Shown here: positions 8,960 through 18,292 of the stretch, in pieces
How the letters are laid out: every line of letters begins with the position of its first letter
Numbering within the stretch: the first letter of the stretch is position 1
Origin: Bacteroidota bacterium
GTDB lineage: Bacteria > Bacteroidota > Bacteroidia > Bacteroidales > JACABE01
Direction of reading: 5' to 3'
DNA length: 64,000 nucleotides
Assembly (NCBI GenBank): GCA_037133555.1
Contig: JBAXNW010000002.1
Span: 49,637 to 113,636 of the forward strand
Notes under the pieces: model-generated
Seen by the model: only the letters and a program-made list of their open reading frames with translations
Database searches by the model: none
Told to the model about the DNA's origin: nothing
Translations under genes and position numbers: made by a program

Positions 8960-11086
8960 ATGGAAAACGATAAAGATAAACAAGAAAAAAATACTTCTTC
9001 AGACAAAAAAGGATTATTTAATATGCCGAAAAAACCAAAATTCAGTTTTTATTGGATATATGGGATACTCGCTGTAGTTTTTATAGCCTTACAATTTAAC
9101 AATAGCAGTTCATTCAAAGAAGAAGACAAAATTGTAAGTTGGAGTCAACTTTCAAAAATATTCATTAAAAATGATATTGAAAAAATTGTAATCGTAAACA
9201 AAGAAACTGCCGAAATATATATAAAGAACGAAAGTGTTGCTAAAGATACAACTTACAAAAACATTAAACCAGAAGGATTTAGCAGTACTTTTAAAGGCAA
9301 AACTTTTTACATCTACAAATTTGTCACCTTGGATGGTTTCCAAAAAGACATAGCCAACCTTCAGAATAAGATAATATCTCAGGATACTATTGGGAAAACT
9401 GAAGTTGAAAAGCAACTCATATTAAACAGAGATCCTGTTGCTATTACTCCAGAGAACCGTAGAGACTGGGGAAGTGAAATATTTGGATTTATTTGGCCTT
9501 TTCTAATTCTAATTGTGATTTGGATAGTATTTATGCGAATGATGGGCAAAGGAAGTGGCGGAGGTCAGATATTTAACATTGGCAAATCAAAAGCACAACT
9601 GTTCGATAAAGATACAAGTGTAACTATTAATTTCCAAGATGTTGCCGGCTTAGAAGAAGCTAAAACCGAAATTATTGAAATCGTTGACTTTCTGAAAAGT
9701 CCTACAAAATATACTGAATTGGGTGGAAAAATTCCTAAAGGAGCTTTATTGGTAGGTCCTCCAGGAACTGGGAAAACGCTTTTAGCGAAGGCCGTTGCAG
9801 GTGAAGCGAAAGTTCCATTTTTCTCAATTTCAGGTTCTGATTTTGTTGAAATGTTTGTAGGTGTTGGAGCTTCAAGGGTGAGAGATTTATTTAAACAAGC
9901 CAAAGAGAAAGCTCCTTGTATTATTTTTATTGATGAAATTGATGCAATTGGTAGAGCAAGAGGCAAAAATGCAATGACTGGAGGAAATGACGAAAGAGAA
10001 AATACACTCAATCAATTACTTACCGAAATGGATGGATTTGCAACCAATGCTGGGGTTATAATTTTAGCTGCTACTAATCGTGCTGATATTTTAGATAAAG
10101 CGTTGATGCGTGCCGGTAGATTTGATCGTCAAATTTATGTTGAGCTACCTGATTTAGAGGAAAGAAAAGCAATATTTATTGTTCACATGCGCAATTTAAA
10201 AAATGACCCTGATCTAAATGTAGAATTTCTTGCAAAACAAACGCCAGGTTTCTCTGGTGCTGATATTGCCAATGTTTGCAATGAATCGGCATTAATAGCT
10301 GCACGTAAAGGCAAAAAAATAATCGAAAAACAAGACTTCCTGGATGCAATTGACCGGATAGTAGGTGGATTGGAAAAACGTAACAAAATCATATCGCTGG
10401 ACGAAAAGAAAGTAATTGCCTACCACGAAGCGGGACATGCATCAATCAGTTGGTTGCTCGAACATGCACATCCTTTGGTCAAAGTAACAATAGTACCTAG
10501 AGGAAAAGCATTGGGTGCCGCCTGGTACCTTCCTGAAGAACGTCAAATAACCACTACAGAACAAATGCTGGATGAAATTACGGCTGCTTTAGGTGGACGT
10601 GCAGCTGAACAGGTAACCTTTGGAAAAATCTCTACAGGAGCTTTAAATGATCTGGAAAAAGTAACCAAACAAGCCTATGCTATGGTTGTGTATTTTGGAT
10701 TAAATGATAAAATTGGAAACATCAGTTATTACGACTCTTCGGGTCAACAGGAATATGCCTTTTCAAAACCTTATAGCGAAAAAACTGCCGAATTAATTGA
10801 CCAGGAAATTCACCTCTTAATTGAAACTGCTTATCAACGAGCGATTAAATTACTACAAGATAATAAAGAAAAATTAAATGGTCTTGCTTCTGTTTTGATT
10901 GAAAAAGAAGTAATTTTCAGGGAAGACTTGGAGCTAATTTTTGGAAAAAGACCTTTTGAAAAAGATATAGAAGTTGATTTGATGTTTCAGGGATTTAAGG
11001 ATAACAGTTCTACAACAGCAATAGCAACAGAAATGCCTAAAGAGCTTACTGAAAAAAATACTGATGATACTTTGGATAAGGTCTAG
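8960..11086 (+). CDS. ftsH: ATP-dependent zinc metalloprotease FtsH
   Basis: Two TM helices. AAA+ Walker A GPPGTGKT, Walker [12 protein letters not shown], and zinc site HEAGHA. Confidence 0.97.
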   Translation: MENDKDKQEKNTSSDKKGLFNMPKKPKFSFYWIYGILAVVFIALQFNNSSSFKEEDKIVSWSQLSKIFIKNDIEKIVIVNKETAEIYIKNESVAKDTTYKNIKPEGFSSTFKGKTFYIYKFVTLDGFQKDIANLQNKIISQDTIGKTEVEKQLILNRDPVAITPENRRDWGSEIFGFIWPFLILIVIWIVFMRMMGKGSGGGQIFNIGKSKAQLFDKDTSVTINFQDVAGLEEAKTEIIEIVDFLKSPTKYTELGGKIPKGALLVGPPGTGKTLLAKAVAGEAKVPFFSISGSDFVEMFVGVGASRVRDLFKQAKEKAPCIIFIDEIDAIGRARGKNAMTGGNDERENTLNQLLTEMDGFATNAGVIILAATNRADILDKALMRAGRFDRQIYVELPDLEERKAIFIVHMRNLKNDPDLNVEFLAKQTPGFSGADIANVCNESALIAARKGKKIIEKQDFLDAIDRIVGGLEKRNKIISLDEKKVIAYHEAGHASISWLLEHAHPLVKVTIVPRGKALGAAWYLPEERQITTTEQMLDEITAALGGRAAEQVTFGKISTGALNDLEKVTKQAYAMVVYFGLNDKIGNISYYDSSGQQEYAFSKPYSEKTAELIDQEIHLLIETAYQRAIKLLQDNKEKLNGLASVLIEKEVIFREDLELIFGKRPFEKDIEVDLMFQGFKDNSSTTAIATEMPKELTEKNTDDTLDKV

Positions 11087-11183
11087 TGTGTAAATATTAG
11101 ATACATTTCTAAAAAAAGCTAATGAAGCTATACGAATAACTATAACCCTTTAATGAAAAAAAAAGTGTTTAAAAACTAACAGC

Positions 11184-11825
11184 ATGAAAGAAAGCACATC
11201 AAAAGAGAGAGTACTTAAACAAATAAGAGATGCATTGATTGACAAATCTGACAATCCTTTTCAAGATATTGATTTCGAATCATCTGTTTATAATGACTTT
11301 ACCGAATCTTTAGATATTACTTTTGCTGAAGCATTTAATGCAGTTTCAGGAAACTTTGTTTATTGTGATAACGAAAGTGATTTTGTTTCAAATTTTAATC
11401 AGATTGCTAAGAATTGCAATTGGAGCAATCTATATTGTATTGATAATGATTTGAATGCTTTCTTAAAAGATGCCAAGCCAACAATTTCAAGTGCAGAAAA
11501 AGATTTTTTAAATCAAAAAGTTGGTATCACTAAGTGCGAATTTTTAATTGCTCGTTTGGGAACTATCATGGTTTCATCTAAACAAATGTCAGGGCGACGA
11601 ATGAATGTTTATCCTGAAATTCATGTTGTGGTTGCATATGCTTCACAATTGGTGGATGATTTAAAACAGGCATTAAAATTGATCAGACTAAAATATGACA
11701 ACATCCCCTCAATGATTTCATTGATAACAGGCCCCAGCAGAACCGCAGATATCGAAAAGACATTGGTAATGGGAGCACACGGCCCAAAGGAACTTTATGT
11801 TTTTTTAATTGATGACAGCATTTAA
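11184..11825 (+). CDS. LUD-domain (LutC/YkgG-like) protein
   Basis: Length and C-terminal ITGPSRTADIE...GAHGP pattern are typical of LutC-family proteins. Confidence 0.55.
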   Translation: MKESTSKERVLKQIRDALIDKSDNPFQDIDFESSVYNDFTESLDITFAEAFNAVSGNFVYCDNESDFVSNFNQIAKNCNWSNLYCIDNDLNAFLKDAKPTISSAEKDFLNQKVGITKCEFLIARLGTIMVSSKQMSGRRMNVYPEIHVVVAYASQLVDDLKQALKLIRLKYDNIPSMISLITGPSRTADIEKTLVMGAHGPKELYVFLIDDSI

Positions 11826-11840
11826 TCTATACAGCTATAT

Positions 11841-12050
11841 ATGGATGAAAAATGGGTACTTATATACACTTCTTCACAACTATATAAAATTGAATTGATA
11901 AGTGGCATGTTGTTTGAAAATGATATTGAATCTTTTATCATTAACAAACAAGATTCAGCTTACTTAATAGGTGAAATAGAATTACATGTCAATATTGATG
12001 ATATTTTAAAAGCGAAACAACTCATTTCAAAATTTAATCAGAGTGAATAA
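11841..12050 (+). CDS. small DUF2007-like protein
   Basis: 69-aa ORF tightly coupled to cdsA (8-nt overlap). Resembles the small putative signal-transducing-protein fold family. Weak call. Confidence 0.35.
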   Translation: MDEKWVLIYTSSQLYKIELISGMLFENDIESFIINKQDSAYLIGEIELHVNIDDILKAKQLISKFNQSE

Positions 12051-12873
12051 TTTTATCACAAGAACTATTACAGGTTCTCTTTTTGTAATCTTAATAATAG
12101 CTTCTATCCTACTCAGCCATTATTTCTTTTCAATTGTTTTTTTACTATTCTCAATACTGGGAATCGCTGAATTTTATTCAATTACTGCTAAAGAGGAAAT
12201 TAAACCACAGCGTTTAATAGGAATTATTATTTCAGTTTTGCTCTTTTGTATTTCAGCTATTGTCTCGATAAGCAATGCGCATTTCAAATTACTCTTTTTA
12301 ATCATCCCCTTATTTTTCATTCCTTTTATAATAGAACTTTTTAGAAATAAACCCAATTCAATTTCTAATATTGCTACAACTTTGCTGGGTATCTTTTATG
12401 TAGTTCTTCCTTTGTCTTTGCTCAATTTTATTCCTAATATATCTTTTGAATCGGGAATTTACAACAAGGGTATTTTATTGGGCTATTTTATATTAATCTG
12501 GACCAATGATACATTTGCTTATTTAGTAGGAGTTAAAATTGGAAAAACCAGATTATTTGAAAGAATTTCACCAAAAAAATCATGGGAAGGAAGTATCGGA
12601 GGTTTAATTTTTAGTATGTTGGCTGCCTATTTACTTTCACTTTTCTTTTCTGAATTAACAGGTATTATGTGGATAGGTATGGCTATCATTATTGTCGTAT
12701 CAGGTACTTTGGGCGATTTAACTGAATCTATGTTCAAAAGAAATTTAAACATCAAAGATTCAGGAACTATTTTACCAGGACACGGAGGTATACTAGACAG
12801 ATTAGACGCCTTGTTTATCTCTGCGCCTTTTGTGTTCTTTTATTTGACATTCATTAATTACTTAGCCCATTAG
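12043..12873 (+). CDS. cdsA: phosphatidate cytidylyltransferase
   Basis: Polytopic membrane protein with the CDS signature SMFKRNLNIKDSGTILPGHGGILDRLD. Confidence 0.9.
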   Translation: MNNFITRTITGSLFVILIIASILLSHYFFSIVFLLFSILGIAEFYSITAKEEIKPQRLIGIIISVLLFCISAIVSISNAHFKLLFLIIPLFFIPFIIELFRNKPNSISNIATTLLGIFYVVLPLSLLNFIPNISFESGIYNKGILLGYFILIWTNDTFAYLVGVKIGKTRLFERISPKKSWEGSIGGLIFSMLAAYLLSLFFSELTGIMWIGMAIIIVVSGTLGDLTESMFKRNLNIKDSGTILPGHGGILDRLDALFISAPFVFFYLTFINYLAH

Positions 12874-12959
12874 CTATATTGTTTCAACAGGCATTCAAAG
12901 AAGTGTAATAATCATTCATTAAGCATTACTTTTCATTATTAACAATAAAAAATATTTAA

Positions 12960-13619
12960 ATGAAAATTCATAAAGAAGGTTTTAGAATTTTAGCAGTAAC
13001 AATTACATTGTTTATAGCAATACTATTAGCAGAACACATATATTTGAAAGAATATCCCATTATATTCCAACTTTCGATTATTATATTTACTGTAATGTAT
13101 ATTCTTGTAATCAGGTTTTTCAGGGTACCCATTTTCAAAATTGAAACCAATGAAAACCAAATTCTTTGTCCAGCCAACGGTAAGGTCGTTGTAATCGAAG
13201 AAGTAGAAGAAACTGAATATTTTAAAGACAGAAGATTGCAAATATCGGTATTTATGTCGCCCAATGATGTACATGTTAACAGATATTCTATGAGTGGCAT
13301 TGTAAAATACAGCAAATACCATCCTGGTAAGTTTTTAGTAGCCTGGCATCCCAAATCTTCCACCGAAAATGAAAGAACAACTATTGTAGTTGAAAACGAA
13401 AATGGAATAAAAATATTAACACGCCAGATAGCCGGTTTTGTTGCCCGTAGAATCGTTTGCTACTCCAAACAAGGTGATATTGCCAAACAAGGTGAGGAAC
13501 TTGGTTTTATTAAATTCGGTTCAAGGGTTGATTTACTATTACCCTTTGATGTTAAAGTAAATGTAAACATCAATCAAAAAGTGATAGGTGGAAAGACCGT
13601 GATTGCTAGTTTTAAATAA
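12960..13619 (+). CDS. psd: phosphatidylserine decarboxylase proenzyme (short type)
   Basis: N-terminal TM helices and the FGS self-cleavage motif in GFIKFGSRVDLLLP. Confidence 0.9.
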   Translation: MKIHKEGFRILAVTITLFIAILLAEHIYLKEYPIIFQLSIIIFTVMYILVIRFFRVPIFKIETNENQILCPANGKVVVIEEVEETEYFKDRRLQISVFMSPNDVHVNRYSMSGIVKYSKYHPGKFLVAWHPKSSTENERTTIVVENENGIKILTRQIAGFVARRIVCYSKQGDIAKQGEELGFIKFGSRVDLLLPFDVKVNVNINQKVIGGKTVIASFK

Positions 13620-13724
13620 TTTCAAAGACTAACAGTTCAAAATCAGGTTTAAAAGTTCAAATAAAAATTATGCTGTAAGGCTAAAATGCATTTTTCACTT
13701 TTAGTGTCATTAGCTTCAAAACAT

Positions 13725-13757
13725 AAAAAAAGCTGCCTCGAAAGAAGCAGCTTTTTA
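13725..13757. terminator. bidirectional intrinsic terminator between psd and GDH-1
   Basis: AAAAAA-AGCTGCCTC-GAAA-GAAGCAGCT-TTTTT: a hairpin flanked by an A-run and a T-run between convergent genes. Confidence 0.65.
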
Positions 13758-13776
13758 ATTTTATATTAGCAAACTA

Positions 13777-15114
13777 TTAAAGAATACCTTGATCTAACAT
13801 TGCATTGGCTACTTTTAAGAAACCTGCAATATTTGCACCTTTTACATAATTTACATATCCGTCAGCTTGTTTTCCGTGTTTTACGCAAGCAGCATGGATA
13901 TTTACCATAATGCTATGTAATTTTTCGTCAACTTCCTGAGCAGACCAATTGTATTTTAATGAATTCTGTGACATTTCTAAACCTGAAGTAGCAACACCAC
14001 CTGCGTTAACTGCTTTTCCAGGTCCGAATAACACTTTATTTTCCAAGAAAACTTCAACAGCTTCAGGAGTTGAAGGCATATTAGCACCTTCAGCAACGCA
14101 GATACAACCGTTTTTAACAAGAATTAAAGCATCTTCTTTGCTTACTTCGTTTTGAGTAGCACAAGGTAAAGCTACATCACATTTAACTTCCCATGGACGT
14201 TTTCCTTGGTGGAATTGTGCGTTAGGAAATTCATAAGAATATGGCTTAACGATATCTTGGTTAGAAGCTCTTAATTCAAGTAAATAATCAATTTTAGCTC
14301 CTGAAATACCATCTGGATCATAAATATAACCATCAGGTCCAGAAATAGTAACAACTTTACCACCTAATTCAGTAACCTTAATGGCTGCACCCCAGCATAC
14401 ATTACCAAAACCTGATAAACATACTGTTTTGCCTTTGAATGATTCACCTTTTGTGGCTAACATTTCTTTTGCAAAATATACTGCACCAAAACCAGTAGCT
14501 TCTGGACGAACCAAACTTCCACCCCAATTGATACCTTTACCTGTAAGAACACCAACGTGTTCCTTGGTTAATTTTTTATACATACCAAACATGAAACCGA
14601 TTTCACGTCCACCAACACCGATATCACCAGCAGGAACATCCGTTTCTGGTCCTATCATTCTCCATAATTCTAACATGAATGATTGGCAAAAACGCATTAC
14701 TTCATTGTTTGATTTTCCTTTAGGATCAAAATTTGAACCACCTTTTCCACCACCCATAGGCAAAGTAGTCAAACTATTTTTAAAAATTTGTTCGAAACCT
14801 AAAAATTTCAAAATACTTAAGTTAACACTAGGGTGAAAACGCAAACCACCTTTGTAAGGTCCTATTGCATTGTTGAACTGTACTCTGTAACCTAAGTTAA
14901 CCTGTACTTTACCATTATCATCAACCCAAGGCACTTTAAATGCTAAAAGTCTGTCTGGTTCAACCAATCTGTCGATAATACCAGCTGCTTCGAATTGTGG
15001 ATTTTCGTTGACCACTTCTTCTAATGATTCTAAAACTTCGCGAACTGCTTGTAGATATTCTACTTCACCTGGGTGTTTTTTCTCCAGGTCGTTCATTATT
15101 TTCTCTAAGTTCAT
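13777..15114 (-). CDS. glutamate dehydrogenase, paralogue 1 (dinucleotide fingerprint GFGNVCWG / SGPDG)
   Basis: Hexameric GDH signature [10 protein letters not shown] with the catalytic Lys region. 445 aa. Roughly two-thirds identical by eye to the second copy. Confidence 0.95.
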   Translation of the reverse strand: MNLEKIMNDLEKKHPGEVEYLQAVREVLESLEEVVNENPQFEAAGIIDRLVEPDRLLAFKVPWVDDNGKVQVNLGYRVQFNNAIGPYKGGLRFHPSVNLSILKFLGFEQIFKNSLTTLPMGGGKGGSNFDPKGKSNNEVMRFCQSFMLELWRMIGPETDVPAGDIGVGGREIGFMFGMYKKLTKEHVGVLTGKGINWGGSLVRPEATGFGAVYFAKEMLATKGESFKGKTVCLSGFGNVCWGAAIKVTELGGKVVTISGPDGYIYDPDGISGAKIDYLLELRASNQDIVKPYSYEFPNAQFHQGKRPWEVKCDVALPCATQNEVSKEDALILVKNGCICVAEGANMPSTPEAVEVFLENKVLFGPGKAVNAGGVATSGLEMSQNSLKYNWSAQEVDEKLHSIMVNIHAACVKHGKQADGYVNYVKGANIAGFLKVANAMLDQGIL

Positions 15115-15191
15115 TTTTAAATGTTTAATTGTTTAAATGTTTATATACAAAAACTTGTTTAAGAAATAACAGTGTTAATTAAATAACAATG

Positions 15192-15199
15192 CAAAATTA
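15192..15199 (-). promoter_or_regulatory. candidate -7 box TAATTTTG for GDH-1
   Basis: CAAAATTA on the plus strand is TAATTTTG on the minus strand. It lies 78 nt upstream of ATG 15114. Confidence 0.4.
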
Positions 15200-15261
15200 C
15201 ATTTAATTAATTGACTAAAAAAAAAATTACCCAATTATTTTTCAAAATTATGAAAAATAAT

Positions 15262-15278
15262 TTAAGTGAAACACTTAA
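15262..15278. promoter_or_regulatory. palindromic operator-like site TTAAGTG-AAA-CACTTAA
   Basis: Perfect 7+3+7 inverted repeat, about 63-79 nt upstream of the candidate GDH-1 -7 box. Same core as the two palindromes at 22356-22407. Confidence 0.55.
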
Positions 15279-15299
15279 TTTTAAAAAAAATTAGTTGAA

Positions 15300-18287
15300 T
15301 TATTCATTTGAGTCAGAAAATGATTGTTTTAGAACAATCCCTTTATTTTTCTTTCCATCAATTTTAATGATGAGTGGATTTGAAAATCTCAAATGACGGA
15401 TAAATTCATCTTCATAATAGGGTTCAATACTTGATAAATAATCAATATCGTAAAATCCATCATTGATAAATGGATTAATCGTAAAATATCCGACCCTGAA
15501 AGAAGTAAGATTTTGAAAAAAGTGTGTTCCCTGGCTAGGATCTATTCTGTAATTTTTAAGTCCGGATTCAACAATAAGTCTAGCTGCAGAAATTTGCGGC
15601 CATTTTACAGGTATTCCTAGCCAAGGGTCACTGGAACCCCATCGACCAGGTCCAACCAAAATATATTGTTTTTCTTCTTTCAGGAACAGATCGTTCAACT
15701 TTCCAATATCTTTGACAATTGCTTCACTTTTGGATGGATCAAATGACTCGGGCTTTACATATACAATATCGTAAACGTCCTCAATAATCCCATTTCCTAA
15801 TGCAGAATTGCAAATAATCAAAGCCTTTTCTTTATCAATCTCGCTTAAATCTTCTTTTAAGGTTTGATCATTGTCAACAATTGGACGAATTTGCAATAAA
15901 TTAAATATTTTAGGTTGATTATCCGGCACATCCAAATCAACGGCAAATTCAATTTCAACAGGTTTATTCATTTCCCGTTGTGCTACTTCTAGTATATCTT
16001 TTAAAATTTTAGCAAGAGGAAATGAATTATGATTTAATATGTTAGAAAAAGTTATTAGTTTTTTCCCATCATGGTATATCCCATCTCTTAACATATTGCT
16101 TTCAAAATCAAAAGTTGAAGCAATCATTTTAATTGAATTATCCTTTTCTGCCTCATTTATTGAAAGTTTCAATATATTAACACCATCATCAACGCAGGGT
16201 TTAAAACTTTCTTTGTTCATATCCAAAGCATAAAAGTGTCTTTGAGTTTCTCTCAAAGCCATATCAACTGATGATAATTGAAGTATTTTTTGAGGATATT
16301 GGGGCGAAAACCTTAATGTATTTCCTCCGTCAACAATATATTTACCTAAACCTAAAGCTATGTTTACAATTCCATCTTCAGGTTTTTCGGGTGCAATGGG
16401 GTAAAAATTAATAGAACGAGCCACACCTGAAATAGTTGGATAAAATCGATTTCCATAAAGTTGTCCACAAACTTCTTGCAAAACAATACCCATTTTCTCT
16501 TCATCAATTACATTCTTTGTTGCTGTCATATAAGCTTTACTATCCTTAAAATACACAGATGCATACACGCTTTTTATTGCAATGCTTAATTTCTCAATCA
16601 TTGTACGCTCATCATGTAAATTAGGTATCATATACGTAGAATAAATTCCTGCAAACGGCTGATAATGTGAATCTTCTAACAGACTTGATGAACGTATCGC
16701 TATAGGTTTTTTGACAACTGAAATAAATGCATATAAGTCTTCGTGAATACGGAAAGGCAAACGAGCACTGACAAAACTTTGAAGAATATCATCGTTACTT
16801 TTTTCGGATAAAGCAATTTTAAATAAATTATTGTCTTCCATAAACTCATCAAAAACATCTGTACCTAATACTACGGTTCTGGGAATGGTTACAATTACAT
16901 CATCATATTTATCCACCATTCTGTTTCGTTTTACCAGGGTATCTATAAAAGCCAAGCCACGAGCTTTTCCACCAATAGAACCACTTCCTATACGAGTAAA
17001 AATAAGATATTCATCAAATTTATCACGATAAAAATCAGCAATTACTCCCCTACCCTTATTACTTCGGTATCGAGCTATTGCATCAAAAATATAACGTCTT
17101 ATTTCGTCTAAATCATTAAAATCTTCAAATCTTAGAATCTTAAGCATTTCTGCAATTGAAAAAAAGGCCCTGGCATTTAACCATTTAGAAAAATGATTAT
17201 TGCTTAAATGATAATAAAACGAATCATCAGGAATATCAAAAATTTTATCTTGTAGATTTTTCAAGTCACTCACTCTTAAAACTTCAACTTTTGTTTCAGG
17301 GTTTTTAAAAACGAAATCACCGAATGAAAAATTATTTAAAATAAAATCTTTTAATTCATGTGAATAAGTTTTTGAATTTTTATCTAAAAACCCGACCTTA
17401 AGCTCTTTAGCTTTAAAGCTATTTTCAGAATCAGATGATTGGAGCAAAAAAGGCAAATCTTTGTCATCATTTCTTACTAATTCACAAAAACGGATTCCAG
17501 CGTTTTTGTTCATTACACCATAGGTTTTAAAACTTATATCTGAAATAACACCTAACAAATTGTTTTTGTATTTTTCGTAGAAATCGATGGCTTGTTCATA
17601 ATTGGTTGCTAATAAAATCTTAGGCCGCCCACGCATACGTAACATTTTTTGATGTTCGTTCAGCCCTTCAGTCATAAATTTTAGCGATTGTTTAAAAATC
17701 AATTTATATAAATTAGGCAAATAACTTGAATACAACCTTACAGAATCTTCAACCAATAATAAACATTGAACGCCAACTTCATGTGAATCAAATTCAACAT
17801 TCATATCATCTTCTATCAGCTTTATTATAGCCAACATAATATCAGCATTGCCCAACCAGCTAAAAACGTAATCAATAGATGTTGTATCACCAGAATCTAA
17901 TTTAAGTGAAACTTCTCGTGAAAAAGGTGTGAGAACAACAATAGGTTTATATGGATATTTTATTTTTATTTGTTTTGCGAAATCAAAAACATCCACATCA
18001 CCTAAATCTAACATAGTAATTATCAAATCAATCTGATCTTCAATTAATACTTTAAATGCTTGTTCTGCTGAAGAGACCTGAATAAAATGCGGTGGATACC
18101 TTAAGTTTAAAGATACATATTCATTAAAAATTTGTTCCTCAATTCTTCCATCTCCTTCTAAAACAAATGCATCATATTTGCTACATATTAACAATACTTT
18201 GTTGATGCGTTTAGTCATTAAATTGTCAAAAGGAGTCTCTGTAAAATAAAACTTTTTGATATCCTTTACTTTCTTTTCTTTCTGCAT
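15300..18287 (-). CDS. degenerate receiver + receiver + PEP/pyruvate-binding (PPDK_N-type ATP-grasp) domain protein with conserved C-terminal domain
   Basis: REC2 has LLVEDS, acceptor D250 (LLGVISD), QSS and K303. REC1 has Met92 at the acceptor position. The ATP-grasp region has GSGSIGGKARGLAFI and AIRSSSLLEDS..QPFAGI. The C-terminus has GPGRWGSSDPWLGIPVKW and GTHFF. Confidence 0.8.
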   Translation of the reverse strand: MQKEKKVKDIKKFYFTETPFDNLMTKRINKVLLICSKYDAFVLEGDGRIEEQIFNEYVSLNLRYPPHFIQVSSAEQAFKVLIEDQIDLIITMLDLGDVDVFDFAKQIKIKYPYKPIVVLTPFSREVSLKLDSGDTTSIDYVFSWLGNADIMLAIIKLIEDDMNVEFDSHEVGVQCLLLVEDSVRLYSSYLPNLYKLIFKQSLKFMTEGLNEHQKMLRMRGRPKILLATNYEQAIDFYEKYKNNLLGVISDISFKTYGVMNKNAGIRFCELVRNDDKDLPFLLQSSDSENSFKAKELKVGFLDKNSKTYSHELKDFILNNFSFGDFVFKNPETKVEVLRVSDLKNLQDKIFDIPDDSFYYHLSNNHFSKWLNARAFFSIAEMLKILRFEDFNDLDEIRRYIFDAIARYRSNKGRGVIADFYRDKFDEYLIFTRIGSGSIGGKARGLAFIDTLVKRNRMVDKYDDVIVTIPRTVVLGTDVFDEFMEDNNLFKIALSEKSNDDILQSFVSARLPFRIHEDLYAFISVVKKPIAIRSSSLLEDSHYQPFAGIYSTYMIPNLHDERTMIEKLSIAIKSVYASVYFKDSKAYMTATKNVIDEEKMGIVLQEVCGQLYGNRFYPTISGVARSINFYPIAPEKPEDGIVNIALGLGKYIVDGGNTLRFSPQYPQKILQLSSVDMALRETQRHFYALDMNKESFKPCVDDGVNILKLSINEAEKDNSIKMIASTFDFESNMLRDGIYHDGKKLITFSNILNHNSFPLAKILKDILEVAQREMNKPVEIEFAVDLDVPDNQPKIFNLLQIRPIVDNDQTLKEDLSEIDKEKALIICNSALGNGIIEDVYDIVYVKPESFDPSKSEAIVKDIGKLNDLFLKEEKQYILVGPGRWGSSDPWLGIPVKWPQISAARLIVESGLKNYRIDPSQGTHFFQNLTSFRVGYFTINPFINDGFYDIDYLSSIEPYYEDEFIRHLRFSNPLIIKIDGKKNKGIVLKQSFSDSNE

Positions 18288-18292
18288 TATTG

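Noticed and set aside
9565-10011. 148-aa antisense ORF inside ftsH, and similar ORFs at 9152-9415 and 10183-10392
   Set aside because: It overlaps the AAA+ core of ftsH on the opposite strand, has no motifs and has low-complexity composition. It is a shadow ORF.
14381-14836. 151-aa plus-strand ORF inside GDH-1; likewise 13949-14155, 23332-23571 and 23483-23686 in the GDH genes
   Set aside because: It is antisense to highly conserved GDH coding sequence. The Pro-rich translation is a mirror of Gly-rich GDH motifs.
15115-15299. Sigma-54 promoter (TGGCAC-N5-TTGC) upstream of the GDH genes, prompted by rpoN in the window
   Set aside because: No GG-N10-GC element of that type is visible in either GDH upstream region (15115-15299, 22287-22528). 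The only TGGCAC/GTGCCA words I noticed are inside coding sequence.
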